Assembly (NCBI GenBank): GCA_028023455.1
Contig: JAQFVV010000001.1
Location: 13,392,001 to 13,456,000, forward strand
Direction: 5' to 3'
From: Epiperipatus broadwayi
Taxonomy: Eukaryota; Animalia; Onychophora
Length of the DNA: 64,000 nucleotides
Both the position numbers and the translations under genes were made by a program. Positions 13,578 through 26,499 of this stretch are shown piece after piece (position 1 is the first letter of the stretch; every line of letters begins with the position of its first letter). The notes below the pieces were generated by a model. It did not search any database, was not told the origin of the DNA, and worked only from the letters and a program-made list of their open reading frames with translations.

Positions 13578-14470
13578 ATGCTAGCATCTGAACACTATAG
13601 AATAATGTATGTCTACAGTAAAAAAAAAAGATAGTTTAAGTTTGGATCATTCTTTTCAACATATTTTTCTTTCTAGGGAAACTATATTGTAAAACTTGAT
13701 AAATATTCAAATTGATAGAAATTTTGCTTATTTTTTCTCTTATTATTGTGAGAGTTTAACTCTGATTTTATGTTTTGGGGATTGAAATTTGTAAAAACAA
13801 TATTATAGACTGGATATATCAGTAGTACTGCATTAGTAAAGTGGGTTAATTAATCTTAATACTAGTCATGGACTTGGAAAATTAATAAATCAAATCACTG
13901 CTTACAGAGAGGGATGGGGATCATTTAAAAGAAAAATGATGTGATATAAATGTCTATTTTAGTAAAATCAAACATTTCTTTGGAAAAAAGACTATATGCA
14001 TAGAAACTGTTACGAAGTCAAACATTTTTCTTTCTCTTAATTCTTTTTATATTAATGTAAACCTATCTATTTTTTCACATTATTTTTCTGGTAATCTATT
14101 GATATTATTATTATTCCATTTTAATAAAAGTGATTTATTAATTGCAATATCCATTTGTCACATTTTTTATTGTCATGAAAGTCTTAACAAAAATTTAAAA
14201 AATATACCCTTTCATTTCTTACATTATATTTTTTTTCAACCCAATACAATTTGTTTTGTTTCTTTTTTAACCTCTACATTCCAAAAATAAAAATTTTAAT
14301 ATTCCTTTTTTCATATTAAAAAAATTGCATCTACAATGTAAATTTTTTTCTGGTTTCACTTTCTTTCTTTGCCCAAAGTAATAGCATTAGCTTCCCTTAG
14401 TGTTATAAATCCTTTTAAAATTTATGCACTTTTTAGTCTTTTATAACTAAAGTGTTCTTATTATTATTTT

Positions 14471-14564
14471 ATGTTTCAAAGCATCGGCCAGGAAATGAAC
14501 CCGCAAACCCAGGACAACTGCCTATATGGCAGCTGTGCTGATCACTCAACCATCAACAATTGAC
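14471..14564 (-). mobile_element. tRNA-Gly-derived SINE, diverged copy
   Basis: Reverse complement aligns to the copies at 22.3 and 43.4 kb; A-box and B-box remnants are present. Confidence 0.7.
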
Positions 14565-14599
14565 AATTGTTTTTATTATTTATATTCATTTTTCATAAC

Positions 14600-15330
14600 T
14601 TGATTTTTTTCTTAATCATCATATCTATCTTTTCTTTTGATTGTTCATAATCATGAACCTGCAATATATTTTCTAAACATATATTCTATTTCTTGTATAA
14701 ATACATAGAAATAAATTCTCTACTTATTTAATTTTGTAAATTGTAAAATGTTTTTACTCCTCAACTGTTCATTATTTTCTTCAGATAATCTGATTAAATA
14801 CTATTTTTATTTATAGATATATAGTTTTCCAGACATATTATAATTTGATTCTAATTTGTCTTATTAAAAAAAACATTCCAATTCCGCTTTAATAGTCTTC
14901 TTCATTGTCCATACTTCACCATCAAATCCACATCCATTTACTTTTAGTTTTGGCCTATATAAAGTATTTCATTTCAAACATTAAAATAGGCATTATGACT
15001 TTTCCAAATTAATTCATATTTCATTTTTTAATCATATTTTTAATTATTTACATTCTTTTTTTTTTTTTTTGCTTTTCATCTAAAATCTAATTTCTACTTG
15101 CCCACATAATTCCTTTACTTTTTTCACAAAAGTATCGAAATATTTATACTCCTCAATTTTTACAAAATAAACATCTGCCATTTTCAATCTTTCAATATTA
15201 CCTTTTCTATTAATTACTAATAATTATATTTATTTCCGTATTAAATTTAATTTTCATGTTTCTTTCTCTCTCTGCACATTTCTTTTTATATTCTCCAATT
15301 TTTGTATTTTATTTCCACTTTTTTTTTGTA
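14600..15330 (-). mobile_element. Highly degenerate LINE (RTE-like) fragment
   Basis: Minus-strand LYRPKLKVNGCGFDGEVWTMK resembles the RTE C-terminal RP.LLYG.E.WT motif. Many stops; boundaries approximate. Confidence 0.45.
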
Positions 15331-17886
15331 AACAAAGTTAGGCTAACAAGGAGCATCTCAATCTAATTCTGAATTTAATTTTTATTGCTCTATATCTACT
15401 AATAGATATTTATAAAAATTATTTATGCAAGGATTCTTAATTATTTTTAAAAGCCTAAAATTTCTATTTTTATATTTTTAAGTAGTGTGAAATCATTTTT
15501 GACATAACTGTAATAAAAATTATTTTTAAATAAGAGATATTTTTTATAAACTAAAGAAGTTTTGGTCCCACTTAATGTTTGATTTATTATGCTCTAATAT
15601 TGAGTGAAAGTAAAACTAATTAATCAAAAAAGAAATAAAATTTTCACTTTAATTCTTTAATGCACTAACAGGTGTATATTAAATAAAATTATATATTTTG
15701 GAATAAAATAATTTATTTAACAAAACAATATCAATTATTTACTAAACGCATAAGTATTTATTCAGAAAACAAATGCGTACTTAATATATTACAATATAAA
15801 ATGATTAGAAAATAAACTTGCATTTTTCTCAAAAATTAAAAGCAAAACAAAAAGAGAAAAGAAAATTTAATGCGTAAAAAATTATAATAGTTAATGATTA
15901 AAATTTTTTTTTTTAAAAATGAGGATGTAAAAATAATATACTGTATTTTGAAAATGAACCTAGTATACATAGAAAATATATATGCAAAGTTGTGAACACC
16001 ATTGTTTCATGTTCTCCTTTGTTTTCTAATTCAATTAAGATAAAACAAATAATCGAATGGTTTTTATTGCTTGGGAGTTCATAAGAAGTTCAATTTATTT
16101 TCATTGAATAATGATAGTTCAAGTTTATTGCAATTTATTCGAATTAAAGTTTTTGTCAAATTTAATTTATTTTTTCTGCTTTTGGATTTGCATTTATACT
16201 ATCAATGACTACACAGAGAAAAGTATCTTTTTGGATTTTAATTCCATATGGATTTTTCCACACAATTACACCAAATTGTGTTTGTTATTATCATTAATTA
16301 AATTTCTTCCAGATTTTCTTTTAAATAAATTATATTACTTGAATATTTTCAGACATTATTTCTTTTCCAATCATTGTTTATTATGAAAGTATATTAATTA
16401 CATGTTTCTTTTTTAAATAAATACTATTATTTTATATATTATATATTAATATGCATTTGTACCATGTAAATTTAATGGACTTTTTTTTATCTATTAGTTT
16501 TTCTTTTGGTCATTATAGAATAATATGCAGCTCGTAGATTGTGGTAGAATTGAAAGTTGTAGCCATTATCTTTTAGTATTAGAATATATTTGAAATCTAA
16601 ATAATTTAATCATATCACTAAGAGAATTCTAAAAAAATCATAAATATTTCTTTATATAGTTGTATCATCTATCTTCACAGCTTATTTTGATAGGCATCAC
16701 ATCAATGTCATTAGATAACAATAAAAACTAATATTGCAAGCTCATATATATTTTAACTTTCACTTACCTAGGAATATATTAAAGTTAAGAACAAGCTATC
16801 AAAATAATAATTTGCATAAATGTGAAGTTTAATCATTACCAGTAAATAAACTTCATACATATTTATGCTTGTTTTAGATAAGCATTAAGCAAGTAAATGA
16901 AAACTATATGCGATTCTGGAAATTTAAGTAGATTATGAGTGTTTCTTTATTTAACTTTTTATGAATTAGGATAAATTTTTTTGGTAAAACAGATTTTGTA
17001 GTTTTTCAACTCCTTCCTGACTATTTGATCTTAATTTAGAAAGAGTATACAAAAACATGTATACTCAAGTAGATAAGCTCTTAATAGGAATATTATACTT
17101 CTTTTGTAAATAAAGTTCACTTCTGAAATAAGAGTATTTTTAGGATCAGTTGCTCTTAGCATAAATTAAAAGTTGATATATTGATACTTCTGTTGAAAAG
17201 TGAACTAGGAGCATAGAATCTAACATTTTAAGTTATATATTTTTGATAAGTTTGCAATTTATTTAACCAAGAGGACTGATTATGTTTATGTAATAAATTT
17301 TATGCAAGGTGAGTGAACAACTGGGTATGCAAAAATTTTTGCATAGAATGTTTACATTTTAAAAAGGTGATTTAGCATAAATATGCATTTGCATTTTGAT
17401 ATAGAAATCTTGTCGAAATTGTAAAAAAACTTTAAAAAGATTCAGTGATAAATAGTGAGTATATGGTTTAGAAATTATAGATGTAAATGTTGCAAGGAAT
17501 TATGGCGATATCTTAAAATAATGAAATATATCATTGAAAAAATAAATAAATACAGGATATATAATAATATGTTATTCTATTGCTTATTTGAAATAATTAT
17601 TTAGTAAATTTTGATCAACAATATTTTTAATATGGCAGATGAAAGTTTGAGTTATTGGGTGAGATAAAAAAATTAATACATTGTTTTTGAGGACAAATAA
17701 ATGCTAAATTTGGGTTAGTAATTTTAGTGTAAAAAAGTTATAATGTTAAGAATCTATTTATTACATTTTATTTTCATCTAAGGAAAATAGTTTATACATA
17801 TTTTTTTAAAAGGTATGTTTTAAAAAGCTTTTAAAACAATTTCTCACTAAAGTCTAGAAAATTTTAGAAACTATTATACCAAATCA

Positions 17887-18002
17887 AATTTATATTAGAA
17901 GAAAGAGATCAAATAAGTGGTCTCAACAAAGTTGGAATATGTTGTATTAATCTAGCCTTGCGCAGACCACTTATCTTTATCTTTTTTTTCTAATATGAAT
18001 TT
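17887..18002. repeat. Imperfect inverted repeat (~40-bp arms)
   Basis: ATATTAGAAGAAAGAGAT..ATAAGTGGTCT pairs with AGACCACTTAT..ATCTTTTTTTTCTAATAT. Confidence 0.7.
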
Positions 18003-18305
18003 GAAATCAATTAATGGTGAAACAGAAGAAAATAAACATTTTATTAATTCATATATTCTGAATGCTCAACTACTTGACATTTAATCTCATTCTTTACTTC
18101 ACACTCAATCTTCTCATTACTTTTTGAAATCTAATAATTTTTCTTTAAAAACTTAACCTTGAAAATGGCAGATGTTATTTCATTGAAACGTTGGGAAGAA
18201 ATACAAAATAATACACAGTTTAATCAAAAAACTACTTTATTTACATCATATAATTATGAAAACATTAAATATAATATATATAAAATCTTTAAATATATAT
18301 ATATA

Positions 18306-19950
18306 TATTGTCTATACTAAACATTATAATTAGAAGAGACTTGAACTTAGACTTTCAAGCTTTCTATAGCTATCTAATGATACACATGACCATATACATG
18401 TGAAAAAGATAAATGATTTTCAATATGCATTTTTTGTGTTGAACCAGCCCTCAATAGTTGGTCTATATCACCATTTCCCTCATATATATATATATATATA
18501 TACAAACAGTGCTCAGTTTATATTAGGATAGCAAATCTTCAAACTGCAATGGGTAACCTTCAATTTTCTCCACCCTCCAATTTTTCAGCCATCCATATCA
18601 TTGAAAATCTGAGGATGAAATGCTCAAAGCCATTATTGATGCCAATTGTATTGTCTTACTCATATTGATCTTAAGTCACTCTGACTCCTCACACATAAAA
18701 CCCTAATATATCCATTTAAATATACAGAAGAGGGATGGGCAGAATACAGACTGTGTAATCTTTAAATACATATTTTTTTATACTAAACATTGTAATTAGA
18801 AGAGACGTGAACTCAGACTTTCAAGCTTTCTGTAGCTATTTACTCTATCTTATACAATGGATACACATGACCATATACATCTGAAAAAGATAAATGATCT
18901 TCAATATACATATTTCGTGCTGAGCCAGCACTCATCAAGTGCTTATTTTATATTAGGATAGTGAATCTTCAAACTTTAATGAACAAGTTTCAATCTTCTC
19001 CACCCTCCAACTCTTCAGCCATCCATATCATTGAAAAGGATGAAATGTTCAAAGCCCCTATTGATGCTAATATTATTGTAATACCATGTTGACCTTAAGT
19101 CAGTCTGACCCATCGCACATAGGACTTTAATATTCCATTCTGCCCATCCCTCTTCTGTATATTTAAATGGACATATTAAGGTCTATGTGTGAGGGATCAG
19201 AGTGATTTAAGATCAGCTTGGGTATGTCAATAATATTGGCATTATTAGGGACTTTGAGAATTTCATCCTTAAATTTTTAATGATATGGATGGCTGAAGAG
19301 TTGGAGGGTGGAGAAGATTGAAACTTGTCCATTAAAGTTTGAAGATCTGCTATCTTAATATAAACTGAGTATTGATTGTATATATGTGTGAGAGATAGTA
19401 ATCTGGACCAACTAATGAGTGCTGGTTTAGCATGAAATACATATATTGGAGTTCATTTATCCTTTTACATGTATATAGTCTTGTGTATCATTGTATGAGA
19501 TAGAGTAAATAGCTGTAGGAAGCTTGAAAGTCTGAATTTAAGTCTCATAATTATACATATATAATATTTAAATACATGTATATTGTCTACACTAAACTTA
19601 ATGTAATTATAAGGGACTTGAATTCAGACTTTCAAACTCCCTACAGCTATCTAATAAATCTTATACAACTGATTCGTGCAATCACAATGGCTGAAAAGTT
19701 GGAGAGTAGAGAAGCTTGAACTTGTCCATTAATGTTTGAAGATTTACTATCTTAATATAAACTGAGCAGTGATTGTATATATGTATGGGAGATGGTCAGC
19801 TGGACCAACTGATGAGTGCTGGTTCAGAATGAAATACATATATTGAACATCATTTATTTTTTTCACATGTACATAGTTATGTGTATCAGTTGTATAAGAT
19901 GGATTGGATAGCTGTGGGGAGTTTGAAAATCTGGATTCAAATCCTTTATA
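18306..19950. mobile_element. Cluster of five copies of one ~440-bp hammerhead-bearing repeat: A 18306-18746 and B 18781-19138 in one orientation, C 19139-19550 inverted, D 19578-19685 partial, E 19686-19950 inverted
   Basis: Shared blocks such as CAGACTTTCAAGC and CTCCACCCTCCAA-TCTTCAGCCATCCATATCATT recur in both orientations. B/C and D/E form fold-backs. Confidence 0.9.
19805..19846 (+). ncRNA. Minimal type-I hammerhead ribozyme-like motif (copy E; intact CUGAUGA and GAAA)
   Basis: CCAA-CTGATGA-GTGCTG-GTT-CAGAAT-GAAA-TACATATA-TTGA. Homologues at 19408-19449 (+), 18901-18940 (-), 18421-18462 (-) and 63960-63983 (+, truncated). Confidence 0.7.
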
Positions 19951-20134
19951 ATACATATATAATATAAACAAATTATGAACAATTATTGGAAATAATGTTA
20001 TCAGCTGTGCAAGCTCAAATAGTTAATCTTATTGAATTTTTGAACAACAATTACCTTGAATTTCATGAATATTATACTTATATCTTCTCCTTTACTTTTT
20101 TTTGCATTCCTTCATATATATATATATATATTAT

Positions 20135-20386
20135 CTTTTTTAAATCTCCACATATAGACTCTAATGCAAATTTTTTAAATATAATTTTAATTTTCTAACA
20201 GTTTTGACTGTCCTGCACTCTTCATCAGAGCATTTGCATAATCTTCCTCTTTCTTTTTAAATTTATAAGGAAGGTTATGCAAATGCTCTGATGAAGACTG
20301 CAGAACAGCCCAAACTGTTAGAAAATTAAAGGAATTATATAAAAAAAAATTTACATTAGAGTGTGTATGTGGAGATTTATAAAAAG
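20135..20386. mobile_element. Fold-back element (~115-bp arms) with degenerate hammerhead-like motif in each arm
   Basis: Arms are reverse complements. The + arm reads CTGATGA-A-GACTG-CAGAA-CAGCC-CAAAC (20288-20315); the - arm reads CTGATGA-A-GAGTG-CAGGA-CAGTC-AAAAC. Confidence 0.75.
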
Positions 20387-20949
20387 TAATATACTTTCAT
20401 GAATACTTAGTTTTTATAGAAAAAATAACTATAAAAGAATTTGAATACATCCTTACTTAAAACAATGATATGTTATCGTTAAAAGTTAGAATGAAGCAGA
20501 AAAACAAAACCATCATAAATTAATATTCTCTAGATTAAACTTATTATAGTATTAAAAAATAGATTCTATCCAAACACATCGATAATAGATTTTGATGTTT
20601 TTTTTAAAACTCTATTTGAACTGAGTATCCTGGAATTCTCTTAAGGGGTATGTTATAGATGCTGAAAAAAATCTAGATTGGTTGTCTGCTAATAATAATT
20701 AAACAACCACGTTTAAATGAGTATGCCAAATTCTAATTCCAAGAATAAAAAGAGAAGATAGATAGATAAATAGAGAGAGAACTTTTATCAAAATGAGTTT
20801 TGCAATGACTATACAAACTAATATTTAATATTTACTTGTTATTTTAGATGTTGCTTTTTAATTTCTTCACCAGAATTCTTTTCTTTATGAAATACAATAT
20901 CTAATTGTAGATTTCCACTGACTTTATTCTTTTCTCTAATATATTTCCC

Positions 20950-21900
20950 CAATGAAAATAATTGACATTAGATAATTGGTATAATGTAAGTGGAACTGAC
21001 ATTTCTCACCAAAACATTGCTCAAGTTCACTATAAAACACCCTTTAAGGAAATCTTAACATTACTCATTCATTTTAGGTGTCCAATTTCTTAAATGAAAC
21101 TTCTCTATTGCCTTTATATTGTGCTGACAGGGCATCCAAGTCTCATTTCATTTAATAAATTTGATAAAATAACTCTATATATAGCTAACTTAGTTACAGT
21201 AATTATTTCTCTAAGATGAAATAGTCTATCTTCTAACTTAGTAAAAACAATAGCAGCACATTGGAGTCTGCATTGTATCTCAACAATTAAGTCCAGCGTT
21301 CTATTCATAAAATAACCAAGGCATTTAAATTAGTTTATATTCCCAAGTTGACAAGTATCCAAGCTAAAAGTTGCTGAGTATTTCATTTCTGTCACTGGTA
21401 ATAGTAAACTTGAGTTTTTTGAACATTAATTAATAAATCAAAATCTTTATACATTGCATTCAAAACATTAAGTATATTTATATTCTGTAAATTATCTTTT
21501 GAATTAGAAAAAAATAGCATGATCCATCTGCATTTTGAAAATCCAGAATACAAGAAGATGAAGTTCTTATCAATTCATTATAAACAATTTCACCATCAAA
21601 TCTGGATCATATCTTGATCCAAAGACCACTGTCATAAAAATCAAAAACAATGATTGGAGCAAATACACATCCTTGTTTAAAACAAGTTTCAAATTTTCTA
21701 ACTATAATAATAACACTTCCTTTCATTTTATCATGTAGAAGCTATATATTACAAAAATAAAATTTGATAGGCAACCAATTAATTTTTAAAATGTCATATA
21801 CCTCCTATCCTATTAACTGAATCAAATATCTTGACCAAATCAATAAAAAGAATATATAAATCCCTCCACTGTTCATGGTACTTTTTTTGCATTTGTCTGG
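20950..21900 (-). mobile_element. Degenerate RTE-clade LINE fragment (RT to C-terminus)
   Basis: ORF 21114-21308 (EIQCRLQCAAIVFTKLEDRLF...TKLAIYRVILSNLL) matches RTE C-terminal motifs. FKQGC lies upstream and RFP.RVFYSELEQ downstream. Confidence 0.65.
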
Positions 21901-22301
21901 GGGGGGGGGGACATGTTTGTAACGCTTCTTGATTGTCTAAAACTACAATGAATGTGTGGCAATCATTCAACTATGACTGGAACCTATTTAACAAAATTTT
22001 TAAAAGTTGCCTTTGTAGATGATGGGTATTTTCCAATAATTATTGCAATCTTTTCTATTTCCCGTGTTTTTAAAAATTGGAATAATAATATTTTCTATTC
22101 CCCTTGTCTTTAAAAATTGAAACAATAAAAATATTCTTAAGATCAAATGACACAATTTAATGGGTCTATATATTCTTAAAAAAAAAAAAAAAATCCAATA
22201 TTTTTGAAGCTAACATATCATCATCATCATCGAACTATTTTGATTTTACTAAGCTGAAAATCTTTGTACAAATCTAAATGAGTAGATAAAAATGAATTAT
22301 C

Positions 22302-22388
22302 TTTTGTTTTCATGTGTCAAAGCATTGGCCGGGAAGTCAACTGCTTGTAAGGCAGCTGTGCTGACCACTCGACCACCAACGCTTGACC
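22302..22388 (-). mobile_element. tRNA-Gly(TCC)-derived SINE with 12-bp target-site duplication
   Basis: Reverse complement GCGTTGGTGGTCGAGTGGTCAGCACAGCTGCCTTACAAGCAGTTGAC..TTCCCGGCCAATGC closely follows eukaryotic tRNA-Gly(TCC). A-rich tail. TSD AAATGAATTATC at 22290-22301 and 22389-22400. Confidence 0.85.
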
Positions 22389-23329
22389 AAATGAATTATC
22401 ATTAAAAGTTATTACCTCAATTCTTGTATCAAAAGATAATCAAATACTCTTTCCAGCTGTTCAAAATATTGCTATTATATAAGAAAATTTCAAAGCTGGA
22501 TTTAATAGTATTGTGATACTATTTCTCAAATCCATATGTTGCTTTTAATGCACACACACAAAAAAAAAAAATCTAGAATAACCATGACTGGTAAATGTCT
22601 AATTTTTTTATAGTTTTTATCTATCAATCATTTTTATGTTTCCTTATCAGTCATTGAATTTCTGCCTTCAGATCTCTATATATAAATTTCACATTTAATT
22701 TACTATTCTGCTAAGCAGAAAATGCTCCATTTCCTTTTGACCATTGTCGGACAAGTCATGATTTTTCTTTTTAGTGAGGTCAAAAGTACAAGTATTTGCT
22801 TGTATCCTTAACACTTTTTAAAAGTATTCCATGCTTTAGTAATATGCCTATCCTGAAGATAAAAAAATAGCCATTTTAGTATTTAATAGTTGTTGAAATT
22901 TCTAAAGAAGGAACATTTTTTTTTTTTTTTAATATGATGGAAAAATATCTATTTTTAAAATAACTATCATTTTAATCTTCGAGCACACTAATCTATAATC
23001 TGCCCAACAATCTCTGCCTATACATGTCCATACAATGCGAATTTTACTCATATTCTGACTTCTAAATATTATGTAGTCTACTAAATGTCATTGTTTTAAG
23101 TATGTTGTATCCATGTTTCTTTGTAGCTTTTTTTTTTCCCGAAGTAAAGTGTGATAGACATTCTGTTTGCTGTGCAAAAATTCAATAACAAACTATTTGA
23201 ATTCATAACATCAATACTATTATTTTCAATAATTTTTGGCCAAAGATGATTGTATTATTAAGGATTTGATAAAAAGATAAAGTGATATTTTTTGATAATA
23301 AAATAATATAGAGACCAAAAGATTTAAAA

Positions 23330-23500
23330 GGATGTGATGCTATTGAATCTACTATTATAGAATCATATCTTCATTGGATTGGATATATGAAAAGAATGAA
23401 TAACAACAGACTTCCTAAAAAAAAATATTTTTTTGATCATGGGTTTCCTGGGAAAACTATGCCATACCCCGTTTACATTATAAAGATTATCTTAGAGACT
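23330..23500 (+). mobile_element. LINE 3' fragment (RTE-like)
   Basis: Translates as GCDAIESTIIESYLHWIGYMKRMNNNRLPKK, matching the LRW.GHV.RM...RLPK motif. Confidence 0.55.
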
Positions 23501-25013
23501 AAAAAAGTACAATATTAATTCCTTTCATTTGAAAAATATAGCTGAAGATGGAATATAATAAAGTACAATTATTAAATCTTTCAGAAAGAAAAGTTTGCCG
23601 CAGAAGAAGTAGACAGAATAATAGACAAGCATTTTCTATATATGGATGTATTTGTGGAATCTTTGCATAATTCATCTCTAGTTTTAATATTTTCTTATAT
23701 AATAATATTATTATAAAAATATAATTTTATTTTTGGAATTTTTGTTTAAAAGTTAAAATATGGTGTCTGCTTAAGTTCCGATTTGATTCAGTCATTCAAT
23801 TGCCGAATGAATGAAAATGTGAAAAGGATATTTTAAAGATTCACCGCTTTAAAAATATATATATATTTTTAAATTAATTAAATGATGCATTTATGTAATA
23901 CGAGATTAAAAACAATGTTGACTACCGTTTAAACAGTTTATTTATTTAATAAAATAGTCGTAAATTCAATCACTTGTTGATAATACTTAGTATTTTATAA
24001 TACCGTTAATTGTAAGCTAAGTTTATTTCATAAACATTTACTTTTTATCTCATTAACAAGCCTCCGATCTCCTAGTTTTCACCCACTAAAAACTACTGTG
24101 CACATTTCAGTATCAGAATAATAGCGGCACCTAATGTGAAAATGTAAAAAGAAATTATACGGTATTTTCTATTTTAAAAGCTGAAATGTTTATTGGAAAT
24201 TTAGATATGCTTGTATCCATTTTATTTCAAAAATTATTAAAAAGCAATCCCAATATATATATATTGAATATTTCAGTTCTTAATGAATTAAGGAAATTAT
24301 TATTTTATAATGCAACCGTAAATGCAACAATATTAAAATTTATAGTCTAATTATCTGAAATACTAATATAAATTATATTAAGGCTGGTAAATGTAGTATT
24401 AACAAATTTCTCCCAGTAATAAATAGATTGCAAAACCTATTACTTTACTGTTTAAAATTGTAAAATACTTGACATAACAGCATGCATAAATTTACAAGTA
24501 TATATATATTTAAGATATATCTGAGTAAACTATTTTTATTTCTTACTAATGATGTCAATTGTCAAACCAAAAAAATGTTCTTTCTGTAGCAATTCAGTAT
24601 TTTTGAAATGTTTTAATTGAGTTCACCGCTTCTTCCTTATTGTAGATGGTAGGAATAATGTTGATTGATATTTTGAACTGAAATTTAGAATAATTGTATG
24701 AAGATGCCAATCATTTCTTATTAGATTGAAGTTGTTTTATTTTTAATATGTTGTGAAAATAAGCATTTAAAGAATGTTGTAATTTAAAATATCTGAGATA
24801 GAAATGAAGAAAATGAGTACTAACAAGATATAAAACTATATCAAAACTGATTTTGCTATTGAGTAATCTGAAGACCCATTCTGGAGAAGTGCCATAAATA
24901 AGTTTTGTAGAGTAGGATATAAACTTAAATGCAAAATTGAAGAAATAGAATTATGTGTTTGATTTATATTCCTAAAAATATATTGAGCTTGACTTTTTTA
25001 TTTTTATTTTTAG

Positions 25014-25165
25014 GAAATGATGTTGATGGACATATTTTTAAAAGTTTATCTGAAAATGATTTACTAAGTATTGGCATGAAATTAGGACCGAGGAAGAGAC
25101 TAATGCTTTTGATTCATACCAGTGATGAATTAATTCCTTGCAAAAATTTGGCATTAGAATCAGAA
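25014..25165 (+). CDS. SAM-domain protein, coding exon 2 ((R)NDVDGHIFKSLSENDLLSIGMKLGPRKRLMLLIHTSDELIPCKNLALESE)
   Basis: Polypyrimidine-TAG acceptor and GTAAGT donor at 25166; phases 1 and 0. The NDVDG..SL.E.DL..IGMKLGPRKRL pattern is a sterile alpha motif. Confidence 0.85.
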
Positions 25166-25561
25166 GTAAGTTTACTGCTATATTTAATAATATAAATACA
25201 TACTATGTTGTATGAATGTGTTTTTAAAATAGCTAATAATTCTCAGTTAAAGTTTAAGCAAGGTTTTATAGAACTTTTTAAAATTTAGTATGTAGTTAGA
25301 AGCCAATATTAGATTATTTAAACATTTTTTGGAAATAATATTACCAGCGATTATTATCAGGTATACTATTCAGACAATTGATGCAGTTGCTTATACCATT
25401 TGAATTTCTTTTATAATTGATTGTAATTATTCATTACTAATGATTTAAAAATAGTTTTATTAGGCTAACAAGATAAGAATACAAAAAAAAAAAAAACTAA
25501 TGAAATTATATTCAGCTTTACCATTTTATGCATGCATTCTTTATGTGAATATTATCTGCAG

Positions 25562-25700
25562 CATAACATAAACTTATATCCACTACTTCAAAAAACTCCA
25601 ACTTGTTCTCTATCTTCTTTTTTCAACATTATTACTTTACTTGATAATGTTTGTACACATAAGACTGTGCCTAACATTAATAAAAATGCACAAAAGAGTG
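25562..25700 (+). CDS. Possible alternative/additional exon of the SAM gene (HNINLYPLLQKTPTCSLSSFF...NAQKS, phase 0 to 1)
   Basis: CTGCAG acceptor, 46 open codons in a phase matching exon 2, and a G|GTACTG donor. No homology recognised. Confidence 0.22.
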
Positions 25701-26499
25701 GTACTGTGTAGTATTGTATACATGCACTATTCAAGCCACAAGGTACATAAAAAGCATATTTATAATTATAATAGAATTGCAACAAGTTTTACAACAATGC
25801 TGCTTCTATGTATTATAAAATCCATGCATAAAATTTTCTTTAATATGCAACGGCAAATAGTATTATTCTGATAATAAATTACGCTAAAAATAAATTAGAA
25901 AATGCACATTACATATGCTTCATTATTTGTTATGTTTTTATTTAATATGATGATAATGATTTCTATCTTGTTGAAAAGTACTGTGGGATAAGGTTTGTGT
26001 ACTGCAATAATACTGAGAATTTTGTCAGAAGAGGCTAAATCTCTTAAAATGGTTTCCCAAGGTGAACAAATCAAAAAATATGGATGGATGAAATTAACTA
26101 AGATGTAGATTTCTCTAATTTGGGAGTTACTAAGCTGGGCCATTTTTCCAGCAATTGTAAAAAGAATATTGTTTCAAAACCAAAAGTCAAGAATTCTGAG
26201 GGATTAAATTTAGAGAAATAATTATGAAGAAGAAAAATAATTATGAATATTGACTGCTAGAATATACAAAGTCTTTCAAATAAAAGCAAATTTTTATCAG
26301 GGAATTCAAAAAGATATAATATGAACATTGCCATATATGGAGAAGAAAAATGTAAAGACTATTCCATTTAAGAAGTGAAAGTGAGAAAAAAAACAATAGC
26401 AAAGAGTGGCATGTCTTACTATTAAGAAAAAGTATATAACTTAGATAGTAGAATGGATAATTTGTCACTATTTTTGGATAACATCATAAAAAATCACTT

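Noticed and set aside
22314-22388. Functional tRNA gene
   Set aside because: The T-arm is partly deleted, the anticodon is altered, and an A-tail and TSD indicate a retroposed SINE. The other two copies are more diverged.
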